Assembly (NCBI GenBank): GCA_032161105.1 | Contig: JAVHTD010000007.1 | DNA length: 64,000 bases | Direction: 5' to 3' (one strand) | Source: Candidatus Thermosaccharophagus tengchongensis | Lineage (GTDB): Bacteria; Armatimonadota; Fervidibacteria; Fervidibacterales; Thermosaccharophagaceae | Part shown: in pieces, positions 18,476-27,853 of the stretch | Position numbering within the stretch: position 1 is the first letter of the stretch | Layout: each line of letters opens with the position of its first letter | Program-made: the position numbers and the translations under genes | The notes under the pieces: model-generated | Told to the model about the DNA's origin: nothing | Seen by the model: only the letters and a program-made list of their open reading frames with translations | Database searches by the model: none

Positions 18476-19783
18476 TCACTCACCTGAATGCTCCTTATAA
18501 CCGCTTTCCAAACCATCCATAGCGCTGAGCAGCTCTGCGCACGCATCAATCACTCTTACTTCGTCCTCATCCATAGCCAATGTCTTGAGGCGCTCAATCA
18601 GCGGGTGAAGGAGGCGCTTAACCAAACGCCTCGTGAGCATATCAACCGTTTCTATCCCATCCACGCCGCGCACGGAAAGTTTGCCCATGAACTCGCTCAG
18701 TGTTTTTGAGCGCACTCGCTCCGCAGCTCTGAGCATGCTAACTATGGCTGGCTCAACTTGCTTTGAACGCCACCAGCGCCAGAAGGCTTCAACTTCCCTT
18801 TGGACAATTGCTTCGGCGAGCTGTGCTTCATGTTGGCGAAGCTTGCGGTATTCATCGGCTATGCTGGCAAGGCAGTCAATGTTAAAGAGCTTTAACCCAC
18901 CCAACTCGGCAACGCTTGGCTCAACATCCCTCGGCACGGCGAGGTCAATGATCAGCAGCTTCTTTGAGCCCCTCTTGCGGCTCACGAGCGCCCTTGCAAC
19001 CACATCTCGGCTCAAGACAAAGCTTGGAGAGCCAGTGCATGAGATAACGATGTCGGCACTCGGCAGCCAACATGGAAGTTCATCAAGCGGTATAGCTATA
19101 GCTCCAAACTGTGCAGCCACATCCGATGCCCGTTTGAGCGTCCTGTTTGCGATCACAATTTTACCAACGCCGCATTTCTTGAACAGGCGTAATGTGAGCA
19201 AGCCCATTTCTCCGAGCCCAATGAGCAGCAATGTCGCGTCGCCAAAGTCACCGTATTCTTGCTTTGCCATCTGAACTGCAGCGTGCGGTATTGAAGTTGC
19301 CCCTTCGGAGATGCGCGTCTCTGTGCGCACCTTCTTGCCGACGCTGAGGGCGTGCATGAATAGCTGTGAGAGGATTGCGCCACAGCACTTCATGCGCATG
19401 GCGAGCTCGTATGCATCCTTAATCTGCTTGAGTATCTGCGGCTCTCCGATGATCATTGAATCCAAGCCAGCTGCAACATGGAACAGATGAGCGCAAACAC
19501 CCTTGTCGCTGGCTACATAGAGTCCTGATACCAATTTCTCCCTCGGCATATGGTGTTGCTGACACAGGAACTCAACGAGCACCGCTGGGTCTGTGCCCTC
19601 AACGGCGGCATATATCTCGGCACGATTGCATGTGGAAAGGAGAACGACCTCATTTATCCCCTCAATTGAGCGCAGCGAGCGCAGCGCATGTGGCACATCA
19701 ACTTTGCACAGTGATAGCCGTTCACGCACATCAATTCCCATTGTGCGGTAGTTGCCACCAACAAGCACCAACTTAATCCCCAT
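18476..19783 (-). CDS. hemA: Glutamyl-tRNA reductase
   Basis: LSTCNRAEIY, AGLDSMIIGEPQILKQIK, IGLGEMG, IDLAVPRDVE; start uncertain (19783-19879). Confidence 0.95.
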   Translation of the reverse strand: MGIKLVLVGGNYRTMGIDVRERLSLCKVDVPHALRSLRSIEGINEVVLLSTCNRAEIYAAVEGTDPAVLVEFLCQQHHMPREKLVSGLYVASDKGVCAHLFHVAAGLDSMIIGEPQILKQIKDAYELAMRMKCCGAILSQLFMHALSVGKKVRTETRISEGATSIPHAAVQMAKQEYGDFGDATLLLIGLGEMGLLTLRLFKKCGVGKIVIANRTLKRASDVAAQFGAIAIPLDELPCWLPSADIVISCTGSPSFVLSRDVVARALVSRKRGSKKLLIIDLAVPRDVEPSVAELGGLKLFNIDCLASIADEYRKLRQHEAQLAEAIVQREVEAFWRWWRSKQVEPAIVSMLRAAERVRSKTLSEFMGKLSVRGVDGIETVDMLTRRLVKRLLHPLIERLKTLAMDEDEVRVIDACAELLSAMDGLESGYKEHSGE

Positions 19784-19999
19784 GCCGTTATGACGGGCAC
19801 TCATTTGCGCCATGTCATTCATCCAGCTTGTCACCCTAAGGTCACACCATTGCAAAGCTCGCAGCTGCATCCCGCACATGGTCTGAGGATGGGCAGCTTA
19901 ACGAATGCAGGATGGTTAAACAGCAAAGTCCATCAACCGAGTTACTGCCATTTGCAGGTTGCATCTTGCCACCCACCCCTGACCGCCGCCACGCTCATT

Positions 20000-22243
20000 T
20001 TAGCGCGAGCGTTGCAGCCGAATTTCAGCTCCGTCAATTTGATGGCTTACAAGTCGCCTCGGTGCCGCAAACGGAAACAATCCACCGAGCAAAATGAGAA
20101 TGCTGCTCAGGCGGAGCAAATTCATGAATGGCTTGATGCTCAATTCAACAAAAGCGTGCAATGAACTTGCTGACGCTTTCCGCCGCTCAACTGAGAGCCT
20201 TATCATCCCCTCATCGGCGTTCATTGCGAGTATGGAGAATGTCGCGCTTTTATCTGGCAAGCTGTCATCAACTCCCTCGCCTGAGCTCGTCAGCCCAGGC
20301 GAGACAGTGTGACGCTCCCCAGTTGCCACTTGATACACTTCAAGCACTGCCCTTGCAATGAACTCACCTTCGTGACCAAAGCGATGTCCTCTAACATCAA
20401 ACTTGACGAATCGTATGCTCATGCCGAATGCCCGTCTCTCCTCGCCCCTGCGCAGCACCAAGATGGCACGCTCAACATCCCACAGAAGCTCAATTGGAGA
20501 CGCATAGATGTCTTTGAACGGCAGCACCCTTATTTTCGGCTGGCGAACAATGCCGTATGGACTGTCGTAAATTCCGACTTGCATAATGTGCCTACGCCTG
20601 CCATGCTCAACTGTCAATGTCAATGTCAATTTGGCGCGATTGCCGCTTTGGCTCTCAATCACGCAACTAATCCTATGTCCAAGCGCGGTCTTGCTCTGCC
20701 CGCTTGCAAGCTTCAATGTTTGTGAGCGCTCAAACGATGCCGAAAGCGATATGCCAAGCATCAGCAAAGATATGCCGATATGGGATATGGAGCTCCCGAG
20801 ATGACGCCAATTGCGCTTGGTGATGCGCCAAAGCAAGTGAAGGTTGATTAGAGCAGCTGCAGTTGATGCCAGTGTGGCTGCAACATGAAATGGGTTCCGC
20901 ATGCCAAAGAGAAACGCAGCGGAAGCAGCTATGCACCCGAGCAAAAGCGGTATAGCAAGCAGCCGAGCGTTTACCCCGCTTTGGTAATATGCGTTAACGC
21001 TGAGCAGGAGTAGCAATGCCAATGCCATCGGTGCGAGCGCATGGTTGTAGAAGCTCGGGGAAGCGCCCAAGCTCACCCCAAATGGCTTTGTGAGGAGCGG
21101 GAGCGATGTCCCGAGTTCAACAATGCACGCCATAAGGGCGAGCAATAGAGCTGCGCACCACAGGGTGAAGTTGGTGGAGCGAATTGATGTCCATGCCGGT
21201 TTCCTTTCGCCGCTGTGCCAATGGCGAATTAGCATTGCGGCGCTGATGGCTGTGCAAGCGATAAGCCAGATGAAGATGATTGCGTTGGTTAAGCCGTGCG
21301 CTTCAGCAAAGACATGCACAGAGACTTCACGCAAGATGCCACTCCTTGTGATGAATGTCGCATAGATGACGCTCACATAGGTAAGCACGGAAAACAGAGC
21401 ACCCATCCTTTTAGCCGCGCCATTGCGCCTTTGAATCGCCAAGGTGTGGAGCAATGCCGTTAGCAACAGCCATGGCACAAGCGATGCGTTCTCAACCGGG
21501 TCCCAACCCCAATAGCCACCCCATCCGAGAACTTCATAGCTCCAGTATGCGCCGGCGATTATGCTTGCACCGATTATGAGCCACGCAAGCATTGTCCACC
21601 GATGCGCGAGATTGAGCGCCTCAAAATCTTCCGGCTCGCGCAGGAGCAGGAACGAGAGCGCATATGGTGCGGATGTGAGCGCGTAACCAAGGAACATTAG
21701 CGGCGGATGAATTGTCATCCAAAAGTTGCGCAGCAGTGGGTTAAGCCCGTGACCATCAATGGGTCTTTGTGGGAGCACTTCAAATGGGCTTTTGCAAGCC
21801 AGTGCCACAAGCAGAAACAGCTGTGCGAACGAAAGTAGCGCCACCGCGCATGGCGCGCCTTTGCCGAGCGAATTGGATGCTCTAATGAAAATGACCCCGA
21901 TGAGCAATCCGAACCATGCCCATAGCAACATTGAACCTTCCTGACCAGCCCAAAAAGCGCTCATGCGATATTGCAATGGCAAATCTCTGGAGGTGTGTGC
22001 AGCCACATAGGCAACTTCAAAGCGCAGGTCGCAAAGCAGCACCATAAGGATGGCTGAGGCAATGGTCGCACAGAGAAATGACAGCACCATGCTGATATGT
22101 GCCAGCCATCGCACACCAGTTGCGTTAGTTGCTTTGAGGCTTTGCAGCGCGCTTGCAATTGCGCTAACGATGAGCAATATGGTAGAGGCGTAAACCGTTG
22201 CCTTCCCAATGCTCGGCAGGACGAAAGCGGCATGCACATTCAA
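20000..22243 (-). CDS. ccmF: Cytochrome c heme lyase, CcmF/NrfE family
   Basis: FWAGQEGSMLLW, GLNPLL, IHPPLMFLGY, WSYEVLGWGGYWGWDPVENAS, TRSG...SVHVF. Confidence 0.93.
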   Translation of the reverse strand: MNVHAAFVLPSIGKATVYASTILLIVSAIASALQSLKATNATGVRWLAHISMVLSFLCATIASAILMVLLCDLRFEVAYVAAHTSRDLPLQYRMSAFWAGQEGSMLLWAWFGLLIGVIFIRASNSLGKGAPCAVALLSFAQLFLLVALACKSPFEVLPQRPIDGHGLNPLLRNFWMTIHPPLMFLGYALTSAPYALSFLLLREPEDFEALNLAHRWTMLAWLIIGASIIAGAYWSYEVLGWGGYWGWDPVENASLVPWLLLTALLHTLAIQRRNGAAKRMGALFSVLTYVSVIYATFITRSGILREVSVHVFAEAHGLTNAIIFIWLIACTAISAAMLIRHWHSGERKPAWTSIRSTNFTLWCAALLLALMACIVELGTSLPLLTKPFGVSLGASPSFYNHALAPMALALLLLLSVNAYYQSGVNARLLAIPLLLGCIAASAAFLFGMRNPFHVAATLASTAAALINLHLLWRITKRNWRHLGSSISHIGISLLMLGISLSASFERSQTLKLASGQSKTALGHRISCVIESQSGNRAKLTLTLTVEHGRRRHIMQVGIYDSPYGIVRQPKIRVLPFKDIYASPIELLWDVERAILVLRRGEERRAFGMSIRFVKFDVRGHRFGHEGEFIARAVLEVYQVATGERHTVSPGLTSSGEGVDDSLPDKSATFSILAMNADEGMIRLSVERRKASASSLHAFVELSIKPFMNLLRLSSILILLGGLFPFAAPRRLVSHQIDGAEIRLQRSR

Positions 22244-22379
22244 TCACCCTTAAAGCCGCCACTGAAGTTATGTGCCTTCGCATTTTGGCGGTTCAAAACA
22301 TTGCATGTGATTTGAGATTGGTTACCCACTGCTTGTTTCAATTCGCTGCGGTGCAATGAGAGTTGCATCGGCTTCAATG

Positions 22380-23702
22380 TCACTCCATCCGAAAATAAGG
22401 GCGATGCTGCGGCGCGAGGTAGCGCTCAACATATTCACCCCATGGCTTCCTGTAAGTTCGGCAGATGTGTTTGTTGGCTTCCTCGTCACCAATTATTAGC
22501 TCGTTTTTGCTATCCCAACGGATGACTCTCCCAAGCTTAAACGCTATGTTCACAAGGTGCAGGGCACTGGTTGAGAGATGTCCCCACTCAATTGGCGCTA
22601 CTGTTTGCTGGCGGCTCTTAACGCAGTCAAGGAAGTTGCGCACATGTGGTGGATGTAGCGGAGAGCCGCCGCTTTTTACAGGTTCTGCCCTGCCCGGCTC
22701 CGGTATCAGTTCAAATCCCTCCCGAGTTAACACGAGCGTCCCATTAGTGCCGTAAAAGGCTATCCCGTATCCTCTCCCCTCAATCGGGCGTGCGCTTGTA
22801 TGGTAGACGGATGCTTGCACATAAAAGTCGCCGTAGTCAAGGAAAGCATCCTGCGTGTCCGGCGTTTCCCTGTTATCTTGGAGCGCATACTTGCCGCCGA
22901 CCGACATGACTGCCCTTGGGGCAGTCACGCCAAGTATCCAGTGAACTGTATCAATGTGATGAATTGTCCATGCGAGCATGAACCCACCGGAGTAATCCCA
23001 AAAGAACCAATAGCCGGGCGCATTGCACCTATTTCGGTTGAACTTTCGGTATGGGGCCGGCCCAAGCCACATATCCCAATCAACGCCTGCTGGCGTGTCT
23101 TCATCCGGTGGGTTGCCGATGCCGAAAGGTGTTTCGTTCCACGCATTCCAGACACGCACCCTCGTTATTTTCCCGATGGCGCCTTTGCGTATCAAATCCC
23201 TTGCTGCAGCGTAATGGGCACCGCTCAACTGTTGTGTGCCGTGTTGCGTAATTCGGTTGAAGCGCTTTGCCGCATTCACTGCTGCTCTCCCTTCGGCTAT
23301 GTTATGGCTCAGTGGCTTTTCAACATACACATCTTTTCCCGCCTCGCATGCTGCAATTGTTTGGATAGAATGCCAGTGGTCTGGTGTGGCTATAAAGACG
23401 GCGTCAATGTCCTTTCGGTCAAGCAGCTGCCTGAAGTCTTTGTATGGGGTCGCCTTCCCGTCGGTCATTTTGACGGCTGCTGCGAGCCTATCGTCCTTTA
23501 CATCGCAAACTGCCGCTACGACTACATCCGGGTTAGCCATTGCAACCCTCATGAGTCCTTGTCCCATGCCACCAACGCCGATGAAGCCAAGAACTACCTT
23601 TTCATTTGCGCCGAATAGTGAAGTGGAGCGTGTGGTCAAAAAGAGCGCGCCGACTCCGATGAACTCTCGCCTTGAGAGCTTTGACATGCCACCTTCCACC
23701 AT
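22380..23702 (-). CDS. Gfo/Idh/MocA family oxidoreductase with Tat signal
   Basis: SRREFIG leader; IGVGGMG, ATPDHWH, YVEKP, WDMWLGPAP; start at 23702 or 23687. Confidence 0.92.
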   Translation of the reverse strand: MVEGGMSKLSRREFIGVGALFLTTRSTSLFGANEKVVLGFIGVGGMGQGLMRVAMANPDVVVAAVCDVKDDRLAAAVKMTDGKATPYKDFRQLLDRKDIDAVFIATPDHWHSIQTIAACEAGKDVYVEKPLSHNIAEGRAAVNAAKRFNRITQHGTQQLSGAHYAAARDLIRKGAIGKITRVRVWNAWNETPFGIGNPPDEDTPAGVDWDMWLGPAPYRKFNRNRCNAPGYWFFWDYSGGFMLAWTIHHIDTVHWILGVTAPRAVMSVGGKYALQDNRETPDTQDAFLDYGDFYVQASVYHTSARPIEGRGYGIAFYGTNGTLVLTREGFELIPEPGRAEPVKSGGSPLHPPHVRNFLDCVKSRQQTVAPIEWGHLSTSALHLVNIAFKLGRVIRWDSKNELIIGDEEANKHICRTYRKPWGEYVERYLAPQHRPYFRME

Positions 23703-24115
23703 GAGCCATCACCTCACTGCAGCGCGTGGAGTTTTAAACTCACCGCGTTTTGCGCCATAGCTATCTTGCTTTGATGCCGCTATCATTGTAACCCCGTCTG
23801 GGAAGGAAATCAAAAGGAGAGGAAGCCACGCTGAACTTAAAGTGAGCTTATGAGCAGGCTCGTCACCAGTTGGTTGTCACCGTCGCTCTTGACTTGGTCA
23901 GCGGGTCAATGCACACCCATTACGATGCCCGCATCATTATGGGCACGAAAACCTCAGTGAGTGATAAGCCGCCATATGATATGTGACAGGCATTTTGCCC
24001 ACCACGACCCCTTAAAGGGTGCCGCTGTGTTGAATAAGGGCTCAGAGTGGGCTTTGAACGCTGCTTTCCGTGTCAGCTATGCCTACGCGGATTAACTGAG
24101 CGTGGATAGCAACAT

Positions 24116-24165
24116 GGCATGGGCATCCCGCCCACGAGAAATTTCATGGGCAAGATGCCCATGCC
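24116..24165. repeat. REP-like inverted doublet
   Basis: GGCATGGGCATCCCGCCCACGA-GAAATT-TCATGGGCAAGATGCCCATGCC; the arms are mutually inverted and each is internally palindromic. Confidence 0.7.
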
Positions 24166-24193
24166 GCTTGCAAAGGGAAAACTACCGACGGCT

Positions 24194-25891
24194 TTAAGGG
24201 GTAACGGTGCCCCTCTTGCCGGCGATGCGAGCCTCAAGACCATCAACGGGCGTCAATTCAGCGTTTAGGAAATCTTGGATAGTTCGGTTAGTCACAACAG
24301 CACCGACTTCCCAAGGGACTTGACTGCCGGCTGGAATGCCCCAACTGTTGTTCCAGCCACTTAAGCCGCTTAGGTCAGGCAAAGTGTAACTTGTTTGCCC
24401 GCCAAGCCAACCGGCGCTCAAGCCGACAAACCAGGAGCGAGAAAATGCCTGAATTGCTTGTCGGGAGCGCTTTTTCGGTCGTGAAAGTTGTGGGTTACTG
24501 ACCAAGCGTTGGCGAAGGTCTATCCCACCACCCTCTCCGAATTGGGCAAAATAGGCTTGCGCTCCTGAATAGGCATCCCAACTCGCAGTGAAGCGGGTAT
24601 AAGGTGTCGTCGCTGCTACCCTCACAGAAGCGTTGCCAAAGGGAGAAGGTAAAGTGACAGAAAGATTGGTCGGCGCTTTGAAGTAGCGCTCAATTAGCCG
24701 AGTGGTGGTGCCAGTCTCAGCTGTTGCGGATAGGTTATGGATATCATTTCCAAACTGCTTGGCAGTTGGAACGGCAGCAAAGGGGAACTGGATGGTTGGA
24801 GGGGGGACTTCAAATCCACCACCAGTCCAGGCTCTGGTTCCGTTGTGGCTTATGAAGGACACCTCACCGCCAGCCAGTTCTCCTGATGAAACGCCATTAA
24901 TGACAGCATTATGGGTTTCAGGCACAAAGGCTTCAGAGCTGTTGAAGTCAATGTTGATGGTTGTGTTCCCTGATATGACAACATCGTGCTGGATGAGCCC
25001 CTTGTTTGGAGTAGGCCCCCCTGGGAACCTAAGTGCAATCAAGTCATAGGTGCCAGGTGGGACTTGCAATGAGTAGGTGTTGGAAGGGGGAAAGACAGAA
25101 GCATATGAGTTACCCATATAGACCACTGCTCCAGCACCTTCAAGACCACCGATCGTTCCCGAGACAGTGACGGTGTTAGCGGAAGGCGCTTCTTCACTAA
25201 CCAAGTTGATTTGCGAAAGTTCGTTGACGGTGGCGTGGATGATGTTGACTTCCACTTCGGTCATCCCATCAGGCCCAGATGGTCTGACAAACACAACCGC
25301 CAATCCATATCTGCCATTGGGGGCACGAATGGTGAGAGTGTATTGAGGCGCAATGGTCGTTTCAATTCGTTGCCAAGGACCGTCTCCATCTTGGAAAGCG
25401 ATAAAGTCAGGTGGAGCCTGTTGCCTGCCTCGGTAAGTCCGGACCACAACCGTCCCTGTAGTGATTCCCGACATCACAATCTCCAAGTTGGTTCGCTGAC
25501 CTTCGGCAAGGGTCGCTGTCCCGCTGCCTGCAGCCACTGTCTGGTTGTTGTTGTCTTTTGCTTCCGCAGTGACACGCTTGAAACCAACAGGTAGGTTAGG
25601 ATAGACCTTCGTTACGACAGTTTGATTTTGGGGTCGAGGGATGGAATCTCGGATGGGGTTTACTAACCCATCGCCTGTAATGGTAACATCTACCTTCACC
25701 GCTGAGGGCGGTATGACACGGGATTTGCTCCAATCAATCGTCAGCACTATTTCTCCTGTGCGATTGCTTCCGATGTTGCTACTACTTTTAGCGCTGGGCG
25801 CTTTGCTACCGCCACACCCAGCGATGATGAACGCCATTGCTGCCACGACCGTCAGGCTAATTCCAATCACCCAAAGGGTTCGCCTTTTCAT
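24194..25891 (-). CDS. Hypothetical beta-rich lipoprotein (565 aa)
   Basis: SD GGAGGTG; basic N-region, hydrophobic core and lipobox IAGC followed by GGS; Thr/Val/Gly-rich beta-strand pattern. Confidence 0.8.
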   Translation of the reverse strand: MKRRTLWVIGISLTVVAAMAFIIAGCGGSKAPSAKSSSNIGSNRTGEIVLTIDWSKSRVIPPSAVKVDVTITGDGLVNPIRDSIPRPQNQTVVTKVYPNLPVGFKRVTAEAKDNNNQTVAAGSGTATLAEGQRTNLEIVMSGITTGTVVVRTYRGRQQAPPDFIAFQDGDGPWQRIETTIAPQYTLTIRAPNGRYGLAVVFVRPSGPDGMTEVEVNIIHATVNELSQINLVSEEAPSANTVTVSGTIGGLEGAGAVVYMGNSYASVFPPSNTYSLQVPPGTYDLIALRFPGGPTPNKGLIQHDVVISGNTTINIDFNSSEAFVPETHNAVINGVSSGELAGGEVSFISHNGTRAWTGGGFEVPPPTIQFPFAAVPTAKQFGNDIHNLSATAETGTTTRLIERYFKAPTNLSVTLPSPFGNASVRVAATTPYTRFTASWDAYSGAQAYFAQFGEGGGIDLRQRLVSNPQLSRPKKRSRQAIQAFSRSWFVGLSAGWLGGQTSYTLPDLSGLSGWNNSWGIPAGSQVPWEVGAVVTNRTIQDFLNAELTPVDGLEARIAGKRGTVTP

Positions 25892-25944
25892 CTCTCTTCA
25901 CCTCCTGAGTTTTTTCGGCATAGGACGCCGTTTTTCACCACCAA

Positions 25945-26008
25945 TGTAGGGCATGGGCTCTGCCCCATGCCGACTTCTTTCGGCGCAAGACAGAGCCTGC
26001 GCCCTACA
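25945..26008. repeat. GTAG-type REP doublet (REPIN-like)
   Basis: Left arm TGTAGGGCATGGGCTCTGCCCCATGCCG; reverse complement of the right arm TGTAGGGCGCAGGCTCTGTCTTGCGCCG; 8-nt spacer. Confidence 0.75.
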
Positions 26009-26019
26009 TAGGATGTCTT

Positions 26020-27672
26020 CTATCGTTGACGAATAGTCAATCCCAATTCGCCCGGCGCACGGACATGAACGGTCACATCCGCTTGGGCTGATTCATAAGT
26101 TGTTTCAGCTTCATAAGTTGTTTCAGCGTGGATGGTGATATCGGTGTTAGGTTGTGTCGCCGTCAGTGTGACCATTGCAATGCCGTTTTGGTCAGTCACT
26201 GCTGAGCCAGCGCTTAACTGTCCGCCTTGACCAGCGGTAATGCTGAATTTGACCGTTGCGCCTCTTATGAATTGCCCAGCATCTGTTTGAACTTGGGCAA
26301 GGATAGTTGCCCGCTCGCCGGCGTTGATGGCGGGCGGAATAGCACTGAGGGCAAGGCGAAGTTGGAAAGTGCCCGTGACGACAAAGCCGGCGGCTCCTTG
26401 AGGGGTCTGGTCAAAAGCGTCAATGTAGTCAGTGCCTAAGGTGTATTTGCCGTCTTGATCCATGTCAATGATGACATCATACCTGCCTGGAACCAAAGGT
26501 GGTATCCACACGGGATAGAGATACTGGTTCCCGCAGGCATACCGCAATATGTCCTGTTCGGGTCGCCCCGTTACATCAACGAGAGGGTCGCCATTCTGCC
26601 AATTGTCCTTGTGCAAGACGATGTATTTGCGAACCATTTGGCAAGGTGCCAGGGGACGCCAAGGAGGGTTAACCCAGACAGTGACGGTCTCGTTATCATT
26701 AAACTGGTCTTTGAATATCCCCTGCTGGTCAGAGGCTAACTCTACCCTTAAATGTTGCACTTGCCTGCCTCTTGATGCCGATTGAACGGTGAAGCCAGTG
26801 CCAATGAAGCCGTTTACGACATCGGTGCCAGCGTCAAATTTACCGTTGCCATTGACATCCACGACGACATCAAAGTCGCCATCAGTCTGCCTTGTTCCTA
26901 ACCTTTGCGCTGACGCCCAAACCGTCGTTCGTGGCAGATTGCCATTAGCGTCGGTTGTGACAGTTTCCGCCCCGCCACTTTCATCTGTCAGTTGGTCTCC
27001 ATTCTGCCAGTTGTCTTTGTCTCTGACGACGAACAGCTTAACTTGCTGATTGGCAGGGAAACCAAAGCCCTCAACCAGAACTGGTTCACCTACAAGGACT
27101 GACCCCATCGGATAGTGGGGTGGATTGCCCGCCAAGATGTTGACAAATCCTTGCCCCGCTTGTCGGCTCCGTGGTGAGTGAAGGCGTGACGACAGAATTT
27201 CAAACCGCAAAAGGGCAGCAAGCAAGCGCCCAGTTGACCCAACGGCTCGGAATTCGTAAGTTCCGCTGGCATCTATCGGTTGACCAGTTCGGGGATCAAC
27301 GCCGATGTCCCAAAGAGGGATAGGTGGGATATTTCCACTCCGGTCAGCGGTTAACTGGAAGATGATAGGTTCTCCAGTCGTTGGGTCAGTAAGAGGGACA
27401 CCGTTACGCAAGACTTGAATCTCCACAAGTTGCCCTGGCGTGAAACCGGAGAAAGAACTAAACACTGTTGGGCGGGCATCAAGGGGCAAATCGGGGACGC
27501 CATTGTTGTTAGTGTCACGAACGGCGCGCCCTGAAGCATCGGTGAGCGGACCGACTTGTGGTGCTGGACCTCCCCCACCACAACCTGAAAAGAAAACCGC
27601 TCCGACAAGCCCTAATGCTGCGAGGAGTATTAACCCACGCTCCCATACAACAACTCTCCGCTTCCGACTCAT
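26020..27672 (-). CDS. Hypothetical lipoprotein with an internal duplicated domain and a C-terminal bacterial Ig-like (Big_1-like) domain
   Basis: SD AAGGAGG; lipobox FSGC followed by GGGG; two KDNWQNGD repeats; C-terminal ATILAQV...GATVKF...TDQNGIAMVTLTA. Confidence 0.8.
   Translation of the reverse strand: MSRKRRVVVWERGLILLAALGLVGAVFFSGCGGGGPAPQVGPLTDASGRAVRDTNNNGVPDLPLDARPTVFSSFSGFTPGQLVEIQVLRNGVPLTDPTTGEPIIFQLTADRSGNIPPIPLWDIGVDPRTGQPIDASGTYEFRAVGSTGRLLAALLRFEILSSRLHSPRSRQAGQGFVNILAGNPPHYPMGSVLVGEPVLVEGFGFPANQQVKLFVVRDKDNWQNGDQLTDESGGAETVTTDANGNLPRTTVWASAQRLGTRQTDGDFDVVVDVNGNGKFDAGTDVVNGFIGTGFTVQSASRGRQVQHLRVELASDQQGIFKDQFNDNETVTVWVNPPWRPLAPCQMVRKYIVLHKDNWQNGDPLVDVTGRPEQDILRYACGNQYLYPVWIPPLVPGRYDVIIDMDQDGKYTLGTDYIDAFDQTPQGAAGFVVTGTFQLRLALSAIPPAINAGERATILAQVQTDAGQFIRGATVKFSITAGQGGQLSAGSAVTDQNGIAMVTLTATQPNTDITIHAETTYEAETTYESAQADVTVHVRAPGELGLTIRQR
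26092..26127. repeat. Exact 18-bp tandem duplication (in-frame AETTYE x2)
   Basis: TTCATAAGTTGTTTCAGC occurs twice in tandem. Confidence 0.95.
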
Positions 27673-27775
27673 CTCACATCGCCTCCTTTTGTGCTCTTTC
27701 ACTACCGCAAGAAGAAGGGAAAACTACAGACCACCATCACCTCCATGCTCTCGTGATGAGCTTGATGCTTAAATA

Positions 27776-27853
27776 CTAACCCAATACCCCAGCCAAGCAG
27801 ATGCACAACAGGGTTAGCAAGGCAACAGTCTGTTTAACCACCCTTACCTCCAT
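27776..27853 (-). pseudogene. 25-codon ORF resembling an isolated signal peptide (gene remnant or small membrane peptide)
   Basis: Purine-rich SD region (GGGAGGAGAGAGGTG) then MEVRVVKQTVALLTLLCICLAGVLG*. Confidence 0.4.

Noticed and set aside
22800..23618. Long antisense ORFs (for example 272 aa here, also 12764-13468, 18633-19274, 34246-34887)
   Set aside because: They are shadows of well-supported genes on the opposite strand and have no recognisable motifs.
24000..24025. ACCCCTTAAAGGGT hairpin resembling an IS200/IS605 end
   Set aside because: The stem is too short and no tnpA, tnpB or iscB remnant is visible nearby.
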